A program made the position numbers and the translations under genes. Shown here piece by piece: positions 52,462 to 63,145 of a DNA stretch of 64,000 nucleotides (positions are counted from its first letter, which is position 1; each line of letters starts with the position of its first letter). Under the pieces are notes generated by a model. It did not search any database and was not told the DNA's origin. It saw only the letters and a list, made by a program, of their open reading frames with translations. The stretch is from Podospora anserina (Eukaryota): assembly GCA_017654855.1 (NCBI GenBank), contig CM030336.1, positions 1,426,001 to 1,490,000 on the forward strand. The letters are read 5' to 3'.

Positions 52462-52546
52462 ATTGATTGATAGATACATACCTACGGTTGTTGCCTTGCT
52501 TCCCTTGAGATTCTCCCAGCAAGAACCACGGGGTCAACTATGAACC

Positions 52547-53070
52547 TCAAACCTCATAAGGTGACTTGACATCCCTCCAAGTCGAATCATCCGCTCTTTC
52601 GGCCTTGTACTCGTTCCAGAATCACTCAAATGCCTGCCGACTGTACATGTCTTTCGGGGGACCCTCTCCGTCGCCAAAGCGATCCAGGATTGCGCTGTTG
52701 TACTGATGCAGGCCCTCCAAATGCTGAACGAGGAAGGGCTTTTTGTCCTTGCGTGCAGCAACCACAGTCCCGACGTTCAGTTACCACCCCAATGGCGCAA
52801 ACCCGAACTCGGGATCAATATCATCCATGTGACAGGCTGATTGTCAAGATGACACTGTTCAAACGAGAAATGTTCCAACCCGGTGTACCACAACAGGAAT
52901 TTCGAGAAGGCTGGGCGAAGGTGCGACGTCCTTCGTAAAGACATCATGGTCCGAGTCAATCTCGATGGCGTACCAGAGGTCTTTGCCGTAGTCAGCTAGC
53001 TGGCCGACGGCGCAGTTGATGTTGACTGCGAGAATTCGCGGCACTTCCGCGCCGACATCACTAAATCAAG
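52547..53070 (-). pseudogene. pseudogene of a conserved fungal hypothetical family (often MYND-finger associated)
   Basis: Joining frames gives SPSLLEIPVVVHRVG..HLDNQPVTWM/IDPEFGFAPLGW*LNVGTVVAARKDKKPF..ILDRFGDG..AFE*FWNEYK..WRDVKSPYEV*, with two nonsense codons and frameshifts. Confidence 0.6.
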
Positions 53071-53439
53071 CAACTTCAGAGCACAGGTAAGGCCAAGCTG
53101 GATAGGGTATCTTACTTCCGCGTATTCTCAGCCATTGTCCAGATGTGTGGGATAACGGAGGGGTAAAGAGGCGAAGGGAGGATAGATAGCAAGTTTGAGG
53201 AACGATCGGCCTGAAGTGAGCTTTTTTGAGGTTGCAAGTGGCCGCCTCGCACCACAAACAACACTGGGAAAGCCCAACAATTGCAAGTGCTCGTGATCGA
53301 GAACCAGATAGGCGCTCTTAGCCCTATCTCAGACAACGGGTGTAGAACTGGAAAAGAGAAAGTTTGTGGTTTCTTTATGATCTTGCTTGACGTCAGCCTG
53401 GGCACATGCAGTCTTCAGGGGTCCCAGCCAACCAAGCCT

Positions 53440-54270
53440 TCACCTTCCACCTTCGAACGAACCAGGATGCCCTCTGACCCACTCAGCAACCTCCTTGCAA
53501 GGAGCCACCCAAACATCTTTCTCAGCGGCAATCCTCCCAAGCACCTCCTCCAACATGGCAAACTTCTTTTCGTCTGTCTGTAGAAACGGATGGAACAAAA
53601 CAGAGAGATATCCACCCGTCTGTCTGATCTCCTCCATCTTACTCGTCAACCACCCCTTCAAATCTTCCTCGGGGTTCTCCAGCTCTTCTCTCTCGCCATG
53701 ATCCTCCCTTATGCCTCTGAACTTATCCATATACCAGAAAGCATCCACCCCTCTCCACTCAAACGGCAGCACCACCACCCCCTCTTTCCCAATCCCTAGC
53801 TCCCCTAGTGGTGAGACATATCTCACACCATGCTCCTTCAGCAACCCCCAAGTCCCATCATTGATACTCCCCCCAGGTGGACGAAACCCCTCGTACTTGA
53901 TACCAGCTTTCCTTGCTTCCTCCCAGCTCTTATCGAAATTCTCCTGCTCTGCTTCGGGGGAAAGATTCTTCCAGACTTCGTGCTGGTACCCATGCCAAGC
54001 TACTTCGTGACCAGCATCTTGCAGTGATTTAATAGCGTCAGGGTAGGCAGACAAGCTCCATGACTCGGCAAAGTACGTGGCTTTGATGTTGTGCTTTTCG
54101 AGAAGTGACAGCATGCGCGGGAGTTGGTTGGTGACTGCCGGGTGGGTGCCGATGGGGTGAGGCCACTTGCCATTGAGGACGTCTTGGGCTTCGCCTAGGT
54201 TGTCCATGGTGAAGGAGATGGCTGCTTTGTAGGGGGCTGGCCAGCGGGAGGGGGGCGGTGGGGGCGACAT
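53440..54270 (-). CDS. polysaccharide deacetylase (CE4/NodB-like), intronless, no signal peptide
   Basis: ISFTMDNLGE, IKATYF, HEVAWHGYQHE, GFRPPGG and LFHPF. Confidence 0.85.
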   Translation of the reverse strand: MSPPPPPSRWPAPYKAAISFTMDNLGEAQDVLNGKWPHPIGTHPAVTNQLPRMLSLLEKHNIKATYFAESWSLSAYPDAIKSLQDAGHEVAWHGYQHEVWKNLSPEAEQENFDKSWEEARKAGIKYEGFRPPGGSINDGTWGLLKEHGVRYVSPLGELGIGKEGVVVLPFEWRGVDAFWYMDKFRGIREDHGEREELENPEEDLKGWLTSKMEEIRQTGGYLSVLFHPFLQTDEKKFAMLEEVLGRIAAEKDVWVAPCKEVAEWVRGHPGSFEGGR

Positions 54271-55249
54271 GTTGGTGATGTTGGTGACCGGTGTTGGTGA
54301 TGTCAAGTGTTGCTAGGAAGAAACCGTCTGCATGCAGAGAAGACCGGACGGAAGTAAACGAAGGTCGTCGGCAACGAGCCGACCCGCCGGGATGGTTTGT
54401 TTGCTGTCGGCAGTTGAAAGCCAAGACACGATGCCCCGATGCCCCGCATTCTGCTGTCTCCAACTTCGATGACGTTGTGGGGAAGATGGAACAGAATCAT
54501 CGCGACAATGGGCAAAACCGGGAAAAGAGAGAATAAACAGAAAATTTGAAGTTGGCTTTAGTGGCTAGGATATCTGGGTTGTCTTTATAGGCAAGAACCA
54601 CAGACCACTCTACTCAAGTCAGGCAGACAGCTGTGCTGGTTTGATGCCTGCTCCTTCCTCACAAAACAACACAGTTATGGGCCATGCCCCTCTCACCATC
54701 ACCATCGCATAAAGAAACATTTCACAGTGCAACTGCTCTTATTCCTCTCATTCAGTCATTATTATCACGACATTATCAATTAACCAAGCCCCATGTCCAC
54801 CTCATCAGATCCCTTGGGCCGGCGTTTCCCTCGGCATTCTTCCCACGCCATATATGTCATCCACTGTGACCCTGCTCATTATCATGATTCTCGTGGGCAG
54901 TCATCCTCTGCCCTTTCTCGACTCGACGACTCGACGACCCGACAACGCCATAGCACAATGACGCGCTTTACGCGATCGATTCGACGATAGCGTTCCTAAA
55001 CGCCAGCAAATATGCATACGACGACGCTTCCATTTCCATTTGGTGGAGCTAGATGACGGTTAGCCATGAAGCAAGCAGAGCACTGCAAGGGTAGCACGTA
55101 CGACTTCATGTCCTTCCTTTTGACAAATCGAGCATCTTCAGTGATTGGCCGGCTTTACGCCTCAGCGAAGGGAGTGTTTTCGTCGATTGTATGGCTCCCT
55201 TGTTTGGTGGGCTTCTTGTGCCCGGCCAGCCTTGTTGGTCGTTGGACAA

Positions 55250-55480
55250 TCAGACAAAATAAGCGCCGTTATTCGATGTCGTCTTTTCCAAATACAAATC
55301 CGATTGCGGCAGCTTATCCAACCATTTGCCTACTTTCTCCCGTCTTTCCATTGAAGGATACGGGGATGGCTGTTGGTAGCGCTCTGGTTGTTGACAAGGC
55401 TGAGGCTCCGGGCTGGGATCCTCGCCCTTGACAAGATCAATCAAGGGCTTGGCCACCTTCCAGTACAGGACAAACATCAT
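55250..55480 (-). CDS. possible small protein (76 aa)
   Basis: ATG in a good fungal Kozak context (TTCGCCATG), with a short hydrophobic N-terminus; no family recognised. Confidence 0.25.
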   Translation of the reverse strand: MMFVLYWKVAKPLIDLVKGEDPSPEPQPCQQPERYQQPSPYPSMERREKVGKWLDKLPQSDLYLEKTTSNNGAYFV

Positions 55481-56305
55481 GGCGAATTGATAATGATTGT
55501 TTACTCGAGATACCTAAAAGTATCGTGCCCAAGCTGCAGATATGTATAAAAGACGGTTCGGTCTTCGGCTTTCTTTTACGTCTTCTTGGAGCGACGGCTG
55601 TCAGGGACTGGGGATGCGGGCCCTAGCGGACGAGGTGGGGTTGGCGATGCCCGAGGTTTCCGTAAACATCCAAAAAAATCTTGAATTATGATGCTGAAAA
55701 GCAGGAAAGAGACGGATGGTTTGATGGGAGGGCATCGTTGATTTCTAATAGGGTTTGTGGTTGAACGGAGATCGGCTTTAACGGGTGTTCGGCATTTTCC
55801 AGGGTTCCGATTTGGGTGCAGGACAGCGAATGGTGTCTTGGAGGAAACACTGGATTGTCGATGGGAGGCCGAAGTCTGCGATCGGCAGAGACAGAAACAG
55901 GCGGGGCAGGACGCGCTGTTAGTCAGCTGTGGGTAGGGGTTGCGACGCAACCTGGGCTGCCATGGCGGCGTGATAGGGAAAAGATGGGCTTGATTGGGAC
56001 AAAAACGAGAGGGTACGGAGCATATGCTCAGAGTGACAGGATCATGACTGTTGGCAATGCCTGGATATTGATATCTTTTGCAGGCTGACAAATAGCAATC
56101 GATCGCGATCGCAATGTTTTGAGAAAACCGGAGTTGCTTATGCCCGATCTGCCTTGATGGCTTGACAATCAGCCCTTGCATCCATCCCACCCACCCAACC
56201 ACCCAACCACCGATATTGACGCTCCCTCGCGGCAACCCAGACAAAATCTCACCACCAAAACACAACAAAAAGAACTCCCAAGTCGCTCTCTTCTCTCCGT
56301 ACTCC

Positions 56306-56396
56306 GGGGCCACCCGGGGATTGAACCCGGGACCTCTCGCAAGCAATGCTGTAGGGTGTACCCTAAGCGAGAATCATACCACTAGACCAGCGGCCC
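56306..56396 (-). tRNA. tRNA-Pro(AGG) with 19-nt intron
   Basis: GGGCCGCTGGTCTAGTGGTATGATTCTCGCTT-AGG-G[intron]TGCGAGAGGTCCCGGGTTCAATCCCCGGGTGGCCCC; A and B boxes and cloverleaf stems present. Confidence 0.95.
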
Positions 56397-56425
56397 GATG
56401 TAGAAGACAACGAACGGGAGGGAAC

Positions 56426-56516
56426 GGGGCCACCCGGGGATTGAACCCGGGACCTCTCGCAAGCAATGCTGTAGGGTGTACCCTAAGCGAGAATCATACC
56501 ACTAGACCAGCAGCCC
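56426..56516 (-). tRNA. tRNA-Pro(AGG) with 19-nt intron, tandem copy
   Basis: Identical to 56306-56396, including the intron, except for one acceptor-stem base (C5 vs U5). Confidence 0.95.
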
Positions 56517-56811
56517 TTGATGTTTCCATTGTTTTTTGGCGAGGTTGGTGACGAGAGAATGGGATTTTCTGTCTCGCTGAGGGCTTTCTTTTGACTCATT
56601 CGCCGGTTCGAGGGTTTGGTTGTGGCGGCGGTGGAAAGAGGGGTGGGTCTGGGTTGGGTGAGTGGACAAAGTTGTGCATTGCCAGATCTCGGGCCGCGTC
56701 TGCTCCGGATGTTATGTGCTCCCCGCTACGACGCCCGCTACCGAACATCCGACAAAATCACGCACAAAAGAACTTTTCCGGCTGCGAAAATGACCACATC
56801 CCGATACACTA

Positions 56812-56882
56812 GCATCAGTGGTTTAGTGGTAAAATCCATCGTTGCCATCGATGGGCCCCGTGTTCGATTCACGGCTGATGCA
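56812..56882 (+). tRNA. tRNA-Gly(GCC)
   Basis: GCATCAGTGGTTTAGTGGTAAAATCCATCGTT-GCC-ATCGATGGGCCCCGTGTTCGATTCACGGCTGATGCA, followed by TCTTTT. Confidence 0.96.
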
Positions 56883-57329
56883 TCTTTTGCCTGGGCGTGT
56901 TGAATATGCTTTTGGTGCTTAGATATCAGGTTTCCTTGATCTTGGGTGAGGGGCACATTTTTGATTCAACTCCAAAGATGAGCGGAGCACTGTGCTGCGC
57001 CCTGACCACAACAGCCATCTGCCGAGAGCTGTTGGCGGGAATATCTCGCTGATAGCTAACGAAAATGTTGTGACACAGAGTTTCAACACCAAACAGTTCG
57101 AACTGATTCGCCTGTCATGGCTGCCATCCGAAATCTCACTGACAACACCGATTCCGGCGATCCGATCTGTGGGGCTGACGATAGTGGGGCTCCCTCCCGT
57201 TCATGCCTTCCCGTCATCGTCGGCATTTGATCAGGAGTCTTGGCCCTGACCACCATCGCCAACTTCATTTCCTTCAACTTTCACCACACTGAAAGGGATT
57301 TACGTCACTGAACGACGTCACACCAAAAC

Positions 57330-58046
57330 ATGGCAGCCAACGAAGTCTACCAATACTCCCTGATATCCGCCCTCATGGACGGCGCAGCCTCCAACGGCAT
57401 CCCCATATCCGACGTTTTGCGCCATGGCGACCACGGTCTTGGCACCTTTAAGAACATGGTTGGCGAGATGATTGTCCTCGACGGGGAGGTGTACCAGATG
57501 AAGGCCGACGGTTCGGTGGTACATGTCGACCCGGAAACAACCATCACACCCTTTGCGACGGTCACCAGATTCGACCCCACCACCACTGTCAAGGCTACGT
57601 TGAAAGATGGCAAGAAAGATCTTCAGGCGTTACTAGATGAACTCCATCCAGAGGCAACGAACCATTTCCTCGCGATTAGGCTGGATGGGACGTTTGAGAG
57701 GATAGAGTTCAGGACTGCGGGCGGGCAGTGCAGGCCGAGAGAGGGGATGGTGGATGTTTGCTCGAGGCAGACGACACATACGTTTGAGGGGGAGAGGGGG
57801 ACGGTGATTGGGTTTAGGTGCCCAGGGTATGTCATGGGGATTAATGTTGCGGGGGATCATTTGCATTTTATCAGTGAGGATCGGGAGAGGGGAGGGCATA
57901 TATTGGGGTTTGAGACCGAGGGGGAGATCGAGGTTGGCGTGGCGGTCATGTCGAACTTCCGCTTGGAACTGCCAAAGGGTGATAGAGAGTTTGATGAGGC
58001 GAAGTTGGTGAAAGACGAGGAGGGGATTAAGGCTGTCGAAGGGTGA
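57330..58046 (+). CDS. alpha-acetolactate decarboxylase (BudA/AlsD family), intronless
   Basis: YQYS..ALMDG, HGDHGLGTF..GEMIVLDGEVYQ, TPFATVTRF, GTVIGF..P, Zn-binding GDHLHF..GGHI, and C-terminal AVEG. Confidence 0.92.
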   Translation: MAANEVYQYSLISALMDGAASNGIPISDVLRHGDHGLGTFKNMVGEMIVLDGEVYQMKADGSVVHVDPETTITPFATVTRFDPTTTVKATLKDGKKDLQALLDELHPEATNHFLAIRLDGTFERIEFRTAGGQCRPREGMVDVCSRQTTHTFEGERGTVIGFRCPGYVMGINVAGDHLHFISEDRERGGHILGFETEGEIEVGVAVMSNFRLELPKGDREFDEAKLVKDEEGIKAVEG

Positions 58047-58528
58047 GCAGTTAAGGGAAGTGACCTAATATCGTGGAGGTGATAGAGGGTTGGTGGAGGA
58101 AGTCTTGATTTTGTCTTGGCAAGATCTTCCTCTTTCGCACTAAAATTATTCCCAAAACAGCTCCGCATTCTCCGGGGCACAGCAGGCGTGGTGTACCTTA
58201 ACTGACCGTCAATGAAGAGAAGCCATAAAGTACCTCAAGGGAGCCAGGTGCAATGAGCTATCAGAAGCGAGGATGGCACTTCAGGTGAAGGGAAAGGTTA
58301 CTTGTACCTGGGTACTTCCTCGAGCTGGACTTGTGTCACCGCAACAGCGGAGAATGCGATGTCGGGACTTTATCCGAGCTGTTCCCCAGGCCCACGTAAG
58401 CACGCCAGGCAACCATGACTCCATGAGCGTCACCACGATAGCAGCGCAAACACCTCAATGTCCCCGGCGTGTTCTCTTGGAATCAGAATCATCGTTTTGC
58501 GCTATAACAATCGACAGCAGCAGTCACG

Positions 58529-60148
58529 ATGCGGATTGGCAGCCTGAGACATGCAGCCGTTTGGGTGGCTTGCCTGTCCCACCATGTGGCGGCTGTCAAT
58601 CATCGGGACCCCGCCGAGGGGGCAGCCAGGATGAATGCTTACGAAATTTTCAACGCCATCCATTCCGCCATGCGACAATGGGGCTCATCTTTGAACCATA
58701 ATGGCCTGTCAACTTTCGTCGCCACTGTTCCTGCTGGAGTGACCTTGTACCACGGCACCTGGAGGTCAACTCCGCCACCTGGTCCAGAATGGCTCGCCTT
58801 CGAGATTGAGCACGCAGAGCTATTTGCTCACCCGCGATGGAAGTTTCCGCCGCGGGAGTTGAACACTGCGGGCTCTTCCATGCCGCTCCAGCGCCAACGA
58901 GGGATTTTATTCCAGGGAGAAAACGATTATGAAGTTCGAGAAGATGGCGAAGATGAAAAAGGGTACCTCCAGATCTACAAAACGACACAGCCTGTTCGGC
59001 TGCTCTACCTAGACGGTACGAGTGCCGCCAACACGGAGATGGGCACCCTGGACTTGCAAGACTTTGTTATCCGAGGGGACCGCAATGCTGAAGCTTGGGA
59101 TGAGTTCGGTCGTGCCAAAAGTCTCTGTGATATTGTCACGAGCTGGGGTCTTCAAGGTGTGATTCGGATGGAAGCCGGTTTTGAGATCATCAAGTGCAAC
59201 TTTTCTGACAGCATGGAGCTGGTTTCCGCTATCCAGCGTCCAGCCGATCCGTCCAACTCTGATGGGCTAGGCTGGGAAGGGTATGCTGAAGTTCACCCTT
59301 TTGAATGGATCAGCGCTGTTGCTCAGCGGTACCATGGTATTGGTGGCTCCAGGGTAGAGCTCGATTTCTCTTCCATGGTCTCGGCGATGTTTTACCCTGT
59401 CAACCTCACCAATGACAAATCGTCAAAGCCAAATCTTCCACGATTGTGGTATGCAACAGAGGACGAGTTGCTGAGCATCAGGTCCCGCGTGGAGGAGGTG
59501 GTACATGAGCGCCTGGACGGCAAACACACTTCCATTAACTGGCAGGAGGTTACCGATCTGATCATCACACGCTATGCAGATAGGCTTTGGTTCATGGCAG
59601 AAAGAGCTCAGTCGATATTGGAGTTCCAAGGCGAGCTCAACCATCTGACAAATACCCATGTCGACTACGGCGAGAAAGACATATATCATGCCGCCTGTTC
59701 ACGCTGCGAACGCCACTATATCCGCTCAGCCACGCCCAAGACTCCAGAAGACCATCTTATTCTCGCCGCCATGGAGGAAGTGACGCATGCTATCTGCGAG
59801 ACACTATTCGTAGTGCGCCTTTTCATCAAGAATCGGATCGGGATTGACAAGCTCAAATACAACGACAAAGTACCTGCGAGCCGTATGGATGAACTTCTTC
59901 AATCTTCAAAGAAGGCTATCAGGGAGTTGATGGACCAGCTGAAGTGGACAAGATGGAAGGAGTGCACCACCTGTGACTTTCACGAGGTGTGCTTTGCGCC
60001 GCTGTGGCCTGTCGGTGACAAGGACTCGTACGAGCAGCCCAACTGCAGGAATCATTCTTCGATTCAGAATAGCTGGTGGGATAACCGGTACTGGGATATG
60101 CCGAAGATGCCGCATGCGCCGAAGCCGCCTTCGCGTGAGGACCTTTGA
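58529..60148 (+). CDS. conserved fungal hypothetical protein, predicted secreted, intronless, 539 aa
   Basis: Signal-peptide-like N-terminus; IFNAIHSAMRQWGSSLNHNG, LYHGT, PEWLAFEIEHAELFA, RLLYLDG and IRMEAGFEII; Cys-rich C-terminus WKEC..C..EVCFAPLWP. Confidence 0.85.
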   Translation: MRIGSLRHAAVWVACLSHHVAAVNHRDPAEGAARMNAYEIFNAIHSAMRQWGSSLNHNGLSTFVATVPAGVTLYHGTWRSTPPPGPEWLAFEIEHAELFAHPRWKFPPRELNTAGSSMPLQRQRGILFQGENDYEVREDGEDEKGYLQIYKTTQPVRLLYLDGTSAANTEMGTLDLQDFVIRGDRNAEAWDEFGRAKSLCDIVTSWGLQGVIRMEAGFEIIKCNFSDSMELVSAIQRPADPSNSDGLGWEGYAEVHPFEWISAVAQRYHGIGGSRVELDFSSMVSAMFYPVNLTNDKSSKPNLPRLWYATEDELLSIRSRVEEVVHERLDGKHTSINWQEVTDLIITRYADRLWFMAERAQSILEFQGELNHLTNTHVDYGEKDIYHAACSRCERHYIRSATPKTPEDHLILAAMEEVTHAICETLFVVRLFIKNRIGIDKLKYNDKVPASRMDELLQSSKKAIRELMDQLKWTRWKECTTCDFHEVCFAPLWPVGDKDSYEQPNCRNHSSIQNSWWDNRYWDMPKMPHAPKPPSREDL

Positions 60149-60293
60149 GGAGCAACAAGAGAAACGTTTTCCCCATTACATACCATGCAGAACAGCCTGT
60201 TGATGTCCGAAGATGAGTGAACCCCTGAAAAAGACAAGTCATGTTGAAGAAAAAAGAATCGGCCTTTCAAGGAAAGGCAAAAGAAAGTTTGAT

Positions 60294-60364
60294 TGCATCA
60301 GCCGTGAATCGAACACGGGGCCCATCGATGGCAACGATGGATTTTACCACTAAACCACTGATGC
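60294..60364 (-). tRNA. tRNA-Gly(GCC), identical inverted copy of 56812-56882
   Basis: Exact reverse complement of the + strand copy. Confidence 0.96.
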
Positions 60365-60664
60365 TGTTGGATTTGCTGAAGGTTTGGGTCGGAGTGAGGC
60401 ATTTCGTGTGCGGAGTTGCGTCCCGGGCCTAGCCCTGCATGATGGACAGGGGGCCCCCTTTTTTCTAAACATGCAATGGATCCCTGGCCCTTGATTGTAT
60501 TTCATGAATGGGGAGGCACATAGGAAGCATTCTTTTGCTGGAAGTCATTGTATAAGAAAGGTATCAAGATAAACACAGTCAGCCCCTGAAATTGATGAAG
60601 ACATTTACAAGCACCACGCATACATCATTATCCCGAGTATTTGCACCCGTCCGCCAAAATCAGC

Positions 60665-62456
60665 TCAAGTCTCCCGCTCCATAACTCTTACATAGAAATC
60701 ATTGATCAAGAACAGGCCAAAGGCATTCGTCAACCTCCACGGTTTTGAGGGCTTAGCGACGGCCCAGTCGAAGTTGCGGAACCACTGTCATCTGGTTAGC
60801 ACACCCGACGCTTCTCATCATCGTATGTGTAGCCGACATACCTCAAACAACATCTTGTTGATCTCCATCTGAGCCACGGGCTTGCCCAAGCACTGCCACT
60901 TTCCATGCCCGAAAGTCAAGTCGTTGATCCTGGTCATCATGGCCAGCTTCTGTTGATCAGTCTCCAGCAGCCACCTTTCAGGCCGGAAAACATCTGCATC
61001 TTCGCCGTAGAGCTCCTTGTCGTGATGCATGGCCAGTGTCGAGACACCAATGCAAGTCCCACCGGGCAAGAAAACCTTCTTCCCGTCGACCACGATGGTA
61101 TCACCGCCGGCAGGCACATCCTTTGGCAGCAGGTTCAACACAGGTGGCCAGATTCTGAGTCCTTCCCGGATGACAGCCTGCATGTACGGCATCTGCTTCG
61201 CAACAGCATGAGGAACAATCCCATCACCCCAAGTTCTCTTGGCATGAACGGCATCAATCTCCTCTTGCAGTTTCTTTTGCACCCTCGGCGTACCCAAAAC
61301 ATGGAGCATGATGCCTCTCAACGCACCGGCGGTGGTGTCAGACCCAGCAACCACTATCATGTCGTTAGCATTCCCGACCTGAACTTATACCCAAAGTAGG
61401 AAAAAAGAGAACTCACTCTGCTCCAAAACCTCACTCTTCAACTCATCCCCCCTCACCCCATGCCGATAAAAGCTCGCCAACATATCCCTTCTGGTATCTG
61501 TTGCCGCGTTCTTCACTCTCTCATCGATATATCTGAACGTCTCCCTCATCATGGCGCCAAAACCGGTCTTATCCTTCGGGCTGGGTCCCAAAAACTTCCC
61601 AATCACCGGCGCCTGCACCAACCAAGCCAGATTCAGCGACATGAACATGTTCCCGATTAGCAACCCATCCTCTGAGCTCTTGACAAAGTTATTGATATCG
61701 CTATCCCGATCCAGCATCCCAAATGTGGTCCCAAACGCCACGAGCGAAATGACGTCCATGGTGAAGAACTGAATCTTCTTTGCCAAGTCCATCTTCTTCA
61801 CGGGGCCGCCATCAACAGAGAGGTAGTTTCTGCGGATGAGATCGAGGAAGGCAACAACACGGCTGTCGACCGACCCTTCCAACTCGAGGTTTTCCCGGCC
61901 GGAGTACTATTTCCCTCGTTAATTTTGCTGATTCCAAGATGGAAAGCACAGAATCCCAACTCACCCCAGGTGCAATCTTCTTCCTGGTAGCATCATGCTT
62001 CTCCGTGTCCGCCTGACTGAAAATGTTATCCCTCTGGTACTCGACCCTCACCGCCTTGAAGTACCAGTCACTCCTCCGATATCCAGGTTTGGTGTTGACA
62101 TGGATCCAGACCTCGGGTGACGAGGAAAGAACAGAATTTGGTCCGATGCGTGCAATCTTGCCTGTAATCCCCAATCCATCATCAGCAATCACTCCTCAAA
62201 CAAAAGCCATGATTCACAAAGACTTACCATATCGTTCCGAAATATCATAATAATACTGATAAGCCCTCTCATTCCAAATCGACCAGTTATGCGGTATATC
62301 GCTCCAGCCCGCAAACCACGGGCCCGGCACATGTGCCAACTTGAAGTACGTCCTGATTTGACTCAAGAAATAAACCGCAACGAAAGCCACAGTGATCTCA
62401 ACCTTGTGCTCAGACACAAGGTCAACGACCTGAGTCAAGGTCTGGCTGACAGCCAT
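60665..62456 (-). CDS. cytochrome P450 (pisatin-demethylase-like clan), 5 exons
   Basis: N-terminal TM followed by VPGPW; RIGPN; I-helix AGSDTT; EGLR; FRPERW; heme motif FGHGKWQCLG; four canonical introns. Confidence 0.94.
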
Positions 62457-63145
62457 GATGACCAACAAACAAGAACCAAAATGGAAAAGACGAGGATAGT
62501 CGTCGAAAAAAAACGAGGATGCGAGTACCGAGAACCTGGGTCTGGCATCCAGCTATAAAACCACCTGAGAAGCATGTGGTTCCACAATATCTCACTCACA
62601 TCCACCCCAGCCCGCCCTTCTCCCGCAAAGCTACCTGTCGTGTCACCATATCACACGGCACTATCGATACCCTTTAGACTCCTCCCAAAACCTGTCGCAA
62701 TTCCCAGTCTCTGCCGTGACAGGTATAGACCGCATTCTACAGCTTCCAAGTAAGTCTAGCGTCCCCATTCTCCCGCCCGGAGCCAATGCAGCCCTTTGGT
62801 ACCCCATCACCCATCACGGTCCCAGCAATTGCCCACCCCTCCAATCACAACCACCCTCCCGCTTTCCTGACCCATATTCCAAGCCGGCTGGCACCACAAC
62901 TCCGGGGCTACGTCCGTGTCAAGAGGGGCAGAGGGGACAGAGGTCTCTAGAACAAAAAAAATAAGGTGACGAATTCTCAATCCCCCCACCATCATTGGCC
63001 CGCTAAAACTCTTAAATGGTTGCCTGCCCCTAGCTCACAACTCCCGCATATCGCCCCCCTGTCAATCAACAACAACAACCCCACCACAGCACTATCATCC
63101 CCACGATCACCACCATCACCACCACTGTCGTGGACAAAAGCCTCG

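Noticed and set aside
55576-56551. ORFs 55576-56346 and 56162-56551 (the latter with an internal peptide repeat)
   Set aside because: They overlap the tandem tRNA-Pro genes, and the repeat is the tRNA duplication. The same applies to 56616-56956 and 60241-60432 over tRNA-Gly.
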